Shown here in pieces: positions 24,909-37,970 of a stretch of DNA of 64,000 bases (the first letter of the stretch is position 1; the number at the start of each line of letters is the position of its first letter). The DNA is from the human T2T-CHM13v2.0 reference genome, Homo sapiens, in assembly GCF_009914755.1 (NCBI RefSeq), contig NC_060939.1. One strand, written 5' to 3'. The position numbers and the translations under genes are program-made. The notes beneath the pieces were generated by a model. The model saw only the letters and a list, made by a program, of their open reading frames with translations. It was not told where the DNA came from and made no database searches.

Positions 24909-25047
24909 TAAATATTTGATAGTGCAGAGTAGGGATCTAAATGTTCAAAAGAGTGAATATGTATCATGAACATCATGGACTTGTAGATTGGATAAATATT
25001 TTCCAAATATAGAAGCCCATTTCCAAGTAACCTAGGTTATTTTCATC

Positions 25048-25426
25048 TGGTCTTAGTCCATTTTGTTCTGCTATAACAGGATACCACAGAGTGGGTAGTT
25101 TATAAACAATAGAGGTTTATTTGGCTCACAGTTCTGGAGGCTGGGAAGTCCAAGAGTATGGCACTGGGATCTGATGAGGGTCATCATATGGTGGAAGGCA
25201 GAAGGGAGCATGTGAGATAGAGGGGGACACCGGGGCAGGACTGACTTTATAACAACCCACTCTTGAGATAACTAACCCACTCCTGTGATAGCAACATTAA
25301 TCCATTCATGAGGGCCCTGACCTCATGACCCAGTCACTCCTTACTAAGGCCCCACCTCCCAACTGTTGTGTTAGAAATTAAGTTTCCAATGCAGGAACTT
25401 TCTGGGGACAGATTCAGACCATAGTA
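25048..25426 (-). mobile_element. MaLR solo LTR (MSTC/MSTD-like)
   Basis: tcttagtccattttg..ctataaca..ggctcacagttctggaggctgggaagtccaag..cattaatccattcatgaggg..ggggaca..ttcagaccatag. Confidence 0.85.
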
Positions 25427-25650
25427 CTTATGAGATAAGTTTACTGATCTTACTTCGTTTTAATTTTGTCTCTTGTTTTGATCTTCAGTGTTTTACTCTT
25501 ATAAAGGCAGCCCTATCTCCAAATTCTGGATAATTTATTGTAGTTCATTGACTACATAGCCACTGATTGCAATGTCTTCCTCCACTTTCTAATTTTATTT
25601 CTCCTTCAAGAGTCAGCTGAAAAGTCTCCTCTTCTTCGTAAAGAAAAGTC

Positions 25651-26535
25651 CCCTTTCTTTTTTTTCTTCCCTTTCCCCTTCCTTCCCTGTACATCTTCCC
25701 CTTCCTTCCCCTTCCCTCTCCTTCTCTTCTCCTTTCCTCCTTCCTTTCCCTTTTCCCCTCTCCTCTCTCCTCTTCTCTCCTCTCCCCTCTTCTCTCCTCT
25801 CCCCTCTCCTCTCCCTTCCCCCTTCTCCTCCCCATTCCCCCTTTCCCCTCTCTTACCCCTTCCCCTTCTCTTCTCCCCTTCCCCTCTTCCTTCCCCTCCT
25901 CCTCTCCCCTCCCCCTCTCCTTTCCCCTCTTCTCTCCTCTCCCCCCCCTTCCTTTCCCTTCTCCTCTCCCCTCCCCCTCTCCTCTCCCCTCTTTTCCCCT
26001 CTTCTCTCCCCTCTTCTCTCCGCTCCTGTCTCCCTCTCCCCTCCCTTTCCCTTCTCCACTCCTTCCTCTCCCTCCCCCCGTCTCTCCTCTTCCCCCCACC
26101 TTTTTTTTTTTTTTTTTTTTTTTGAGACGGAGTCTCTTGCTCTGTCACCCAGACTGGAGTGCAGTGTGCGATGTTGGCTCACTGCAAGCTCCTCCTCTTG
26201 GGTTCACGCCATTCTCCTGCCTCAGCCTCCTGAGTAGCTGGGACTACAGGCGCCTGCCACCTCGCCCGGCTAATTTTTTTTTTTTATTGTATTTTTAGTA
26301 GAGATGGGGTTTCATGTGTTAGCCAGGATGGTCTCAATCTCCTGAGCTCGTGATCCACCCGCCTCAGCCTCCGAAAGTGCTGGGATTACAGGCGTGAGCC
26401 ACCGTGCCTGGCCTCCTCTTTCCCCTCTTATTTCCTCCCCTCCCCTCTGCCCTCCCCTCCCCTCTCTTCTTTCACCTCTCCCTTCTCTCCTCTTCCCTCT
26501 CCCTTCTCCCCTCTCCCCTCTCCTTTCCCCGCCTT
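25651..26535. repeat. Polypyrimidine/polypurine low-complexity tract (about 450 bp + 120 bp) split by AluY
   Basis: Almost purine-free on the + strand at 25651-26123 and 26414-26535. Confidence 0.95.
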
Positions 26536-26787
26536 TCACTCTGATGCCTAGGCTAGAGTGTAGTGGTGCAGTCATAGTTCACTGAAGCGTCAAACTTCTG
26601 GGCTCAAATGATCCTCCCACCTCAGCCTCTGAGTAGCTAGGACTATAGGCATGCACCACCACACTCAGCTAATTAAATTTTTTTTTTTTTTTTTTGAGAG
26701 ACGGGGTCTCACTGTGTTGCCAGGCTGGTCTCTAGCTTCTGGCCTCAAGTGATCCTCCTGTCTTGGCCTACCAAAGTGCTGGGACTT
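26101..26787 (-). mobile_element. AluY (26101-26413) and AluJ (26535-26787)
   Basis: Subfamily diagnostics; the CT tract occupies the AluJ tail position. Confidence 0.92.
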
Positions 26788-26903
26788 ATACCCTTTGTAG
26801 GTTTTGTATGTTTCTATAGTGTTCCAGAGGTTTTTCTACACTACCAACTACAGTTTTTCAATATGATTATTCTGTCTTTTCAATCAGAGCTTGAGCTTTT
26901 TGA

Positions 26904-26968
26904 GGGGATTTGTTTTTATTTATTCATTTTCCCCAGGGGACTTGTTTTTATTTATTCATTTTCCCCAG
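26904..26968. repeat. 32-bp tandem duplication
   Basis: gggga(t/c)ttgtttttatttattcattttcccca twice, one mismatch. Confidence 0.95.
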
Positions 26969-27226
26969 TTTTAGGGCTTAGCACATAGTTGATGCTTAAT
27001 AAATATTCGTTTAACTCATTGTAGCCTTATTTACTTATGCTAATAAGGATAGAGAACCTCAAGAATGTAGAGTGGAACTAGTCATGAGATGAAAAATACT
27101 GCCTCTGTATAATCGCTACAATTTATAATCTATATACATATAATTTGCACCGCATTCAAGTTGCTTTGAATAATCTTTATGTTCTCTATTTCCATACAGC
27201 TTTTACCTCTTTTTAAAACAGGTGTA

Positions 27227-27880
<654 letters not shown>

Positions 27881-28790
27881 CCCTTTTGGTTTACTTTTCA
27901 AATAAAACAAGTTTCCCCCACCTTTTTTCCTCATATATGTGATATGCCTGGAGCTTAGTTTAAACTAAGTGTAACTTAACCTGCCTCTTCCTTTGCCACC
28001 ATGTGTTCCACAGTTTTTCCTAGTTATGTGGTGATTGGGTGGGTCTGTCTGACCTTGGTTTCACTACACTGTTCTGTACCGTTACCAAAGTTCCAGGATC
28101 TTGCCCCACCGTAAAGGATTTCCTGTTTTCAGTGTCTCCCCCACCCTGATTCCCAAAGTAGCTTCTTAATCTTGTGGCTGTCCTTCGGTCTCAACTGAGA
28201 TGTCTCTTGGCTAATATCCTCTTCTTCTGTATTGTTACTGATGAGGAGAAGCTGACTCTTGACTTCTTGGCAAAGTGACTTATACTCCATCACAGTCCTG
28301 TTGTGTGTATTTTTTTCTGTGAACATCAAATCTTAGCTATCTAGGGAGGCTGCTGTACGGCTGATCAGTTATTTCTAAATACCTGTCTGCAAAGTTGTTT
28401 TCAGTGGTATATCACAGAATAAGGACAATGTAGTGAATTTTTCATCTATCTAAGTGTATTAAAAAGACTATTATAATGAGATGTTCTTTCTAGTGGTTTT
28501 TAATCTGAAAATGATCTTTTTTTAAAAAAAATCATAGTAATAATAGATGATGGATGTTTTGTAAGATAAATTTTGTTCACCTTATGATGGTCCTCTAAAT
28601 ACTTTTTTGGGATATCTTGCTGGTCTGTGATGTCCAATAGTTGGGGAATTCCTGCGTTGATCACCATAGCTCTTTTCCCTGAGGCAGTATTGCCCTTCAT
28701 GTAAAGGAAGGATGGCTTCTTTCATATGCATTTGTAAACAATTTTCCAGTATATTTTTCTCTCATAGGCTTCTTCTTGATTTTTGCCTAA

Positions 28791-28956
28791 TTCCAAAGTG
28801 CTGAGATTACAGGCATGAGCCACTGTGCCATCTTTTAAATAAAGATGGAGTCTCACTATGTTATCCAGGCTGGTCTCAAACTCTTGGGCTCAAGCATTCC
28901 TTCCACCTCCTCCTCCCAAAGTACTGGGATTACAGGCCCGAGCCACTGTGCCTGAC
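28791..28956 (-). mobile_element. Alu fragment joined to a FLAM
   Basis: Two successive left-arm 5' ends. Confidence 0.85.
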
Positions 28957-29166
28957 TGACATTTTCCCTTTAGAATTTAGTAAAACAAATTCACTGTTAC
29001 TAAAGTGTCCTTTCTTTAATATATTTGCTATTTTTTCTTGTAGATGAATATATAACAGATGGTAGTCTCCATTACAGCTTGTTGCTTCTATTGCCAGATG
29101 GTGTCATAACATTTTTTCCAATTTATTCTAAGGATCTGTTTGTTTTTGTTGATTTTCTAGGTAATA

Positions 29167-29801
29167 CATTTGTCCCTCAGTATCTGTGGGGGATTGGTTC
29201 CAAGATACTGTCCCCTGCAGGATACCCAAATCCTCAGATGCTCAAGTCTCTTCTATAAAATGGCATGGTATTTGCATGTAACCCATGTACATCCTCCCAT
29301 ATACTTTATTTTTTTAATTTACTTTTTTTTTTTTTTTTTTGAGACAGAGTCTTGCTCTTTCACCCAGGCTGGAGTGCAGTGGCAGGATGTCAGCTAACTG
29401 CAACCTCCGCCTCCTGAGTTCAAGCAATTCTTGTGCCTCAGCCTCCCAAGTAGCTGGGATTACAGGCATGTGCCACCATGCCTGGCTAATTTTTGTATTT
29501 TTAGTGGAGCCTTGCTGTGTTGGCAAGGCTGATCTCGAACTCCTGACCTCAAGTGATCCGTCCACCTTGGCCTCCCAAAGTGTTGAGATTACAGGCGTGA
29601 GCCACCGTGTCTGGCTTTTCCCGTATACTTTAAATCATCTTTACTTATAATACCTAGTATAATTTAAATGCTTTGTAAATAGTTATACTTTTTTTTATTT
29701 TGTTGTATTGTCATTTATTTGTTTTATTTTTTCCACATATTTTTGATCCATGATTGGTTTAATCTGTGGATGTGGAACCCACAGATACAGAGGGCAGACT
29801 G
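29167..29801. mobile_element. Full-length MER2 interrupted by AluS (29309-29615, minus)
   Basis: Inverted termini (tgtccctcagtatctgtggg / cccacagatacagagggca); Alu TSD tccc(a/g)tatacttta. Confidence 0.85.
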
Positions 29802-30410
29802 TATCCAGTCAATGGGCAGTCAATAAGACTTTCCTAGAAAAATATTTGTATCTCCTCAAGTGTCTGCCCTGTCAACATTTATCTATTCCCCTAAAGATAA
29901 ATAATTTGGGATAAGAGTCACTGGGTGCTAGTTTTTTAAAATCACAACTCTACCCCTTTGGGAAATGTTTGCCAAAGCCAGGGATATAACTGCGTAATAT
30001 AACTTCAGTATGTATTACGACCCTGTTTTCCAAACCTCACATTGTTGGACACTGAATCAGTATTTGATATTGAGACTTGCCTAAAAAATGAGGATCTGTG
30101 GTTTTCTATTTATTTATTCAACAAATATGTGTCCACCCTATCCCAGGCATTGTGATCAGCACTGGAATAGAGTGGAGCTAATGGTCTAATGCGGAAGACA
30201 TATTAATACGTGGTTTTAAAAATAATTAACACAGTTGTGGTAAATGCCATAAAGAAATACAGGGTACTATGAGAGCATATAACTGGAAGACCTTACCTGA
30301 TCATGAGGGTTAGGGCAAGCGTCTTAAAGAAAATACATTTAAACTTAAGTATGAAGGGTGAATAGAGTTAGGCTGGAGGCATCTGGGGCAATCTTCTTAG
30401 GCAAGGGTGA

Positions 30411-31866
<1,456 letters not shown>

Positions 31867-34189
31867 TAAAAACAAAACAAAACAAAAAAAAAACAAGCAT
31901 CTTTTGCAACTCAGTCTGTATGTAGCCCTTATTTTATGAATGTTCTTTATTATATTGATATTTTAAACAAGGCCATAGTCCAGGAGTTTGTTCATGGTAG
32001 TGGTTTCATCTGAAGAGTGAGGTCTTTTTGTCAGTTGACAGAGGATGTTTTAGAAATCAGAACCGACAGGATTGGATCTGAATAGATTGGATGAGGAAGT
32101 TTGTCTTGGTGGATTCTGTTACTTAAGTTGTGCCAATCTTTGGGGTTCTGCTGTAGACATCTGAAAAGTGCATGGGGTGCCAGCCTTTCCCCTATCCTCA
32201 GCATATAGTAGGCACTCAGATATTTGCTGAATAGGAAAAGTGTGCATGTAAATGAGATAGTGCCTATGTGTTTATAGAACAATCTAGGATCAAAACTGTG
32301 TACATTCTAGGCCAGACTGTTTAATTGCATGCATTCTCTCTAGTTTTTTGTTTGTTTCCCCTTAATATTCAGAAAAATCTACTTGAACGTGCAGTCTAGG
32401 AAAATCAAGGCAAAGACTTTTGTGTTAGGCTGGACCAATAAGTTGAGCTATGATAACTGAAAAAGGTGGAACTTAGGAGCATCACTTTAGCAGTTAGCTT
32501 GGCATTCTTAAACCTTCGGTTATATATGGATGCCTTTTAAAGGAGGAAATTTCTTACATTATCCAAAGTATACAACCAAGAACTTTAGTATGAGAATGCT
32601 GCATTAAAAGTTGAATGTAACCATTTAAGTGGTTACTCAAAGCAAACAAAAAATAAAAAAGAAAAACAAGCGGTTACTTGGTACCTGCATGATGGTAAAT
32701 CCAAACTGGATCCCTGAAATGTGTGTGGTGGTATGATTATTTTTAGAATATCATCTAAAAACACTTAAAAGTTCTCATAGGACCCTCAGATTCTTGACAT
32801 CTCCCGACCTCTCTAGGTTAGGCGGACTCCACTTTGAAAAACTATGGATAGTTTTCCTCTCCCACCGAGATCTGTAGTACTGAATCTTCAAAGTTCAGCG
32901 TTTTTTTTTTGTTTTGTTTTTTTAAAGTATCTAGTATTTAGTTATATGTTTGCCTGGTGTAGGGAAGGAGTACCAAAAGAGAATCTCCATTCCCCTTCTT
33001 CCCAAGTTGTCCTCACAGATCCCCCAGTTAGAGAGATCATTTGGGTTAACTTGTCTCTTTGGGGATGCATGGTTGTTAACCAGTCATTCACACCTTATGA
33101 TCATATATTTTAATGCTAAATCAACATAAATTTACTTCTTCCCCAGAAAATGGAAAATTTTTATGAGGAAACCTCAGATCCTTGAGAGGAAGGCATTCTT
33201 GGTAAGGTGGGAGATTCTGACAGGGCAGCTTGTAGGAAAGAAGTTCTTGGGTTCAGGGAAGAGGAGGAAGGTGTTAAACTGTTACTTTTCAATTTTGCCT
33301 AGGATCTTGAATGCTCTTGCTGACCGTGCCTGACTTGGGGTTTCAGAATGCCTTCAGAAGTCTCTAAAGTAGCCTACACGTTTTCTAGTTCAGACTATTC
33401 CAGCAGTTTCTGTCAATGTTGTTGTATATCTCCTCAGGAAGAGCAAAGTGTAGAGAAATATGACCTTCCTAAGTAAAAAGTAGGTCAGATCAGTAGTGTT
33501 GGATAAGCCTCCTTCTGTTGACTCCTTCCTTAGTCTTCTCATTCTCCTTCATAGTGTTTTGTATTGTCACCTAGCATGTCACGTAGTAGGTTCTCAGTGC
33601 TTGCTAATTCTTATCAAAGAAGGCAGTTTTGGATCATTGACCACAAAATCTGCTCTCCTACTCCCTACTTCTTTTTTGCCTTTTAAGAAACTACGCTTCC
33701 TTTTTACTGGTGTCAGGAGCACAGAAGAAAGAACAGCTGGTAAGGAGTAGAGAAGGAGAAAGAAAACTACTTTTTGAAGGTTAGGAGAAATACTGTCCAT
33801 TGATTTACTTCAGCAACTGCCTGACACATAATAGATATTCACTAATACTTTCTTTGCACCTCATAGCTTAAATGTCTTGAAGAAACAAAAATTGAATGCA
33901 CAGGATCAAGGCACTAAAGCTTAGATAACACACTCCTGCATCGTTTCCCTGTTTTATCAAGATATCTTTCATCTTTATATCCGGCAATTTAGTGGCAACT
34001 CTTCGCTTTCCAACTGCGCACTGAGTCTTTCGGTCTCCTCCCCATTTTCCTAGTCGTCTTCGGTTGTGGATGTTGTAAACTCGACCATCCGTCTCTCAAG
34101 GTCTTTGGCTTCAAGGTTTCCCAATGCTCTGGAGCTGTCCAAGCCCCGGTACTCCGGGGTGGAAGACCTCAGATTCATTTGACGGGCTT

Positions 34190-35230
34190 GTGGAGGTTGG
34201 GGGTCTGCGGAGCCCCGTGTGGGTGGGGCTGGGCGCGGCCGGGGCGGAGCCGGCGAGGAGCCCTAGGGAAAGGGTGAAAGGCACAGTTGAGAAAGGCCCG
34301 CCGGGCATTGGTTTCACAGTTTCCACGAAGGCTTCGTGTGCAAGCCTGAGGAGTTTAGGTGCCTCCCTCCTGCCTCGCCTTTCTTGGTTCTAGAACCTTC
34401 AGTAGGCTTTTCTGGGTTGCAGGGACCCGGAAAAGCAGCGGCTTCCACTCGGGGGGCGGGTCCCAAGGGTCTTGCTGCTGCTCTGGGGCCGTTTGGACTC
34501 CTGGTGTTGGGGGAGGGGTCAGGGAGGTGCTGCTCGCGTCTCCTTTTGCGCCTGCGCGGCGGGCTCCGAGCGGGTAGGAGCGCGTGCGCGGTGACGTGGA
34601 CGTCCGGTGCGCGCGCGCAGGCTCTTCAGCTGGAGCGGACACACGGTGTGCGAACCGAACAGAATAACCCGCCCCCAGCGGGATGTGAAGGACTCCGGGT
34701 GAGGCCGGCCACGCCCCGCACGGTAACTCTCGGGCCTGGGTGGAGGGCATCGCTTAGTACTGGCCCGATTGGAGTTTTTCGAGAGTTTGAAGCTCTTGTG
34801 TATTTGAACGGCGTGAGAAACGTTCCGCTGAGAGAGCTTCGCACGCCCTCGCCAGGCCGGGCCTTGCGCAGGGCCGCCTTTGGCGCGCCCCTGTGGTCCC
34901 TGAGCGAGGCTGCGCATGTCACCTCGCGCGCGTCCCCGGCCTCACTTCCGCGTCGCTCAGCTACCTAACTGGGAACATCGACGCCAGAGAGAGCGGCCAC
35001 GAGGCGGGAGGGGTGAGAAGCGCCCATGGCTCGGCCCTGCCCTCGCGTGTGTGGGGTGCCGCTCCGCGTGGTACGGTCCGCGTGACGACTTCTCGCCCGG
35101 CGCTGGGCTCTGGGTCGAGAGCCACGCTTACGCGCTTTTCAGTTTAGAGCCTAGGTCTCGTGGTTCTAGAACTCCAAGGGAAACGGTGTCGGCGTCGCTT
35201 TTCTGAGAACTTGGCGCAGCGTTTTGACAC
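34190..35230. promoter_or_regulatory. MGA: CpG island and main MGA promoter
   Basis: Abrupt GC- and CpG-rich, repeat-free segment. GC boxes 34241-34250 and 34451-34460; NRF1-like TGCGCCTGCGCG 34547-34558 and TGCGCGCGCGCA 34608-34619; CRE/E-box-like GTGACGTG 34591-34598; E2F TTTGGCGCGC 34879-34888; ETS CACTTCCG 34943-34950; E2F6-like GGCGGGAG 35003-35010. Confidence 0.9.
34615..34722 (+). other. MGA: Probable non-coding exon 1 of MGA (start approximate)
   Basis: Lies just after the NRF1/CRE motif cluster. Donor CACG|GTAACT at 34722/34723, with an alternative CGG|GTGAGG at 34698/34699. About 8.3 kb upstream of the exon 2 acceptor, consistent with my recollection of MGA structure. Confidence 0.6.
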
Positions 35231-35799
35231 CTGTGCAAACGTCTTTTCTAACAAGTAATTTCCGGCCAAATTGTTTGAGGCAGGACGTCAAGTTTAATAA
35301 AGGAGGGCGAGGAAGTGAGCTGTAGGAGTGGGGACTTGGTAAACAAAGGACCGGTGGTGTGTAAGTGCAGAAATGAGGGAGGGGAAAACAGGTGGGAAGA
35401 GCAGGTGTTATTTTCTTTTTTCCTCTGTGGGGCAGCCTTTTACCTAGTTCTGTTTATGGGGTTTCCCGTTTCTGTTAAATGGTCAAGTAGGTCTCTGCCC
35501 TCAGTGCAAGGTATCTGGGACATTAACATCACCCCCCCACCGCCCCCCCAAAGCTCCAGTAGCCAAAGTTGAGGGATCTATGTGTCAGAAGAATATGGGG
35601 AAACTAGGGATCGTTTCAGACTGGGTCGGGAGTGCAAAAGTGGTAGTGTCTTGCTGTACAGATTTTTGCCTTGCCTTTCGAACCCTGGGAATGCCTTCTT
35701 CCTCTGGCCGGGGTGGAAGCAGGAACGGGTAAATGAGGTCTGAAAGGAGGGGTTACTGATGGCAGACCAACACGAGAAACCAAAGTGCACTCTTTTATT

Positions 35800-36340
35800 G
35801 GGAAGATAACTTTCCCAAGGTTCGCCTCGCCGGAGCAAACACGTGGATCATGAGAAGTCTCGAGCCCACCCGCGCGTGTTGTTGTAGAGCTTGCCAGGCT
35901 TATGCGGCTGAGTCCCTGGTTAACAACTGCTTGCTCTGTTCGTTCTTTTTGGGCACGATGCCGCGGCTAGGCTGCAGGGAAAGTGCCTGGGGGCGGCGTG
36001 ACGGCTGCTGGGAAGGGGGTTGGCAGGGGAGGGTCTGGTGGCTGGTTCTGTAGTCTCCAAGGTAACAGAACGCGGCTGGGTCCCGCAGAGCGATCATCGG
36101 GTTCCGGCCGGCGGCACGTGATCTGTCGGGACTCTTCCCCGGAAGAGCTTTCCTTGCGGCATTTTTTCACGTGGTTCTTGGCCAGCTGTCCTTTGCAGTT
36201 GAAAAGCGGCGGTTTGTGGGTCATTAATAGTCGACGGCGTCTGCTCCTCTCGGGGAAGGCAGTGAGACCGAGCCTTTTACTTTCCTGCGTATCGGAACAG
36301 CGCTAGTGTTTCTTGCCGCCAACGGTTGTTTCTAGCGTTT
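35800..36340. promoter_or_regulatory. Second CpG-rich cluster in intron 1; candidate alternative promoter or enhancer
   Basis: CpG-dense and non-repetitive. CACGTG at 35840-35845, 36115-36120 and 36168-36173; ETS CCGGAAG 36139-36145; donor-like AAG|GTAACA at 36061/36062. Confidence 0.7.
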
Positions 36341-37659
36341 GTGTGGGTTAAGTGGGTTGGGTCCACTTTACAGAAAACACAGGCTAAAGACTTGAGGAAA
36401 TTCAGTGCCCTGGGTACCTTGGCATACTTACTTCAAGTTTGACTACTGCCAGTTTCTGCCTTAAAAGTTCTTCAAATTCTGCTTACCCAACTGCTAGAGA
36501 CCTGTCAGCTTTCTGGCCCTGAGTTGTAGTTAGGGTCCATTCTTAGGAATAAAAAATACTCCTGCGGCTAGCAGTAACAAATGATATCTGGGAAGAGAAG
36601 GAGGCAGTACTGTCTTACGCAGGTGCAATTCTGTGCCTTAAAACCTAAAAGTGTTTCAGATAATATTTTGACATTTGCCCTATAAGGTTGTGACGATAAA
36701 ATGCCCAGGATATTGTCTGTTCCGAAGTGAGTAGTTCTTAATAAATGGCAAGTACCATTTATTAAATTAGTAAAAATAAGCAAATGATGGTTAAGAGCGA
36801 TTAAGAAAGTATTAATAGTTGGCTATTTTACTGTCTTTGCCACCATTTGCTTTCATTTTATTATATTTATATCCACATTCTGTTTTTAAGAAACTTAAAA
36901 TTTCTTGACCCAGTGTTTATTGGCTAAATACTGAAATCTGAGTGAACCTGTTCTCTTGAAATTTGAGTTTCACAAATGTAATTTAACCATATTCTTATAG
37001 TGAAGGATCATATTAAGGAATATACTAACATCTTGGTGCCTGCCATACTACTGTATTTATTGTATGAAAGGTTGTAGAAGTTTGTAGCAATTTGGAAAAC
37101 GTTCAGAATGTGTTGCTTAGCATTTGAATATTTGTGTTTTTAAATAATGGTATTGACTTGGAATTTTGATTTTGTGTAACTAATTTTTGGGGTTGAGCAC
37201 AGTACATTAATCATTGAATTAGGAAACTATCTAGTAAAACTAGTGTATTTTGTGAGTTGTATGAGGATCATTGCTTTAGTAGATAAACATTTCCCAAAGA
37301 GGTCACTGGTGAAAAGACATTAAAATAGGGAGTCTGAAATTGTAACAATTTATGGAACTTGTTAGATTACTCACCTAAAAAATGTTTTCTATGATAGCTT
37401 TTGTGTGTGTATATGTCTTCTGGTGTGACATTTCAGAGTGTTACTGAATTTTCCCCTCCACAACTTATTTTGTTGGCTTTTTATTGTAGCTATTTTATCT
37501 AGATAAAAAAAAAATTTGATGTTGAAAAGCCGAATTGAAAGTTTTTGAATGTTAAGGTATATATATACCAAAATTGTGGTTTTCATTAAAGCTTTTAGTT
37601 TCCCAGAGTATTTTTAGGATGTTGCTAGAAGATTTATTTCTTCATGAGTAGCCTACCCT

Positions 37660-37970
37660 TTTCTTTTCTTTATTATTATTATTGTTGTTGTTGTTGTTGT
37701 TGTTATTATTTTGAGACCGAGTCTCACACTATCTCCAAGGCTAGAATGCAGTGGTGCTATCTCGGCTCATTGCAACCTCCTGCCTCATCCTCCCGAGTAG
37801 CTGGGACTACAGGTGCGCAACACGACTCCCGGCTAATTTTTTGTATTTTTTGTAGAGAGAGGGTTTTGTCATGTTGGCCAGGCTGATCTTGAACTCCTGA
37901 CATCAGGTGATTCGCCCGCCTCAGCCCCTCAAAGTGCTGGGATTACAAGCGCGAGCCACCGCTCCCGGCC
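37660..37970 (-). mobile_element. Alu with compound (TAT)n(TGT)n tail and a right-arm deletion
   Basis: TSD tagcctaccc; microsatellite 37671-37710. Confidence 0.92.

Noticed and set aside
25545-26585. G/E/R-rich ORFs
   Set aside because: Translations of the polypurine tract.
27950-28790. Non-Alu segment with short minus-strand ORFs (one containing GIPQ), considered as an RT or pseudogene remnant
   Set aside because: No further motifs follow; it cannot be assigned without a database search.
34111-36306. Overlapping ORFs up to 210 aa on both strands of the CpG island
   Set aside because: Stop codons are scarce in GC-rich DNA; no recognisable domain, and many use non-ATG starts.
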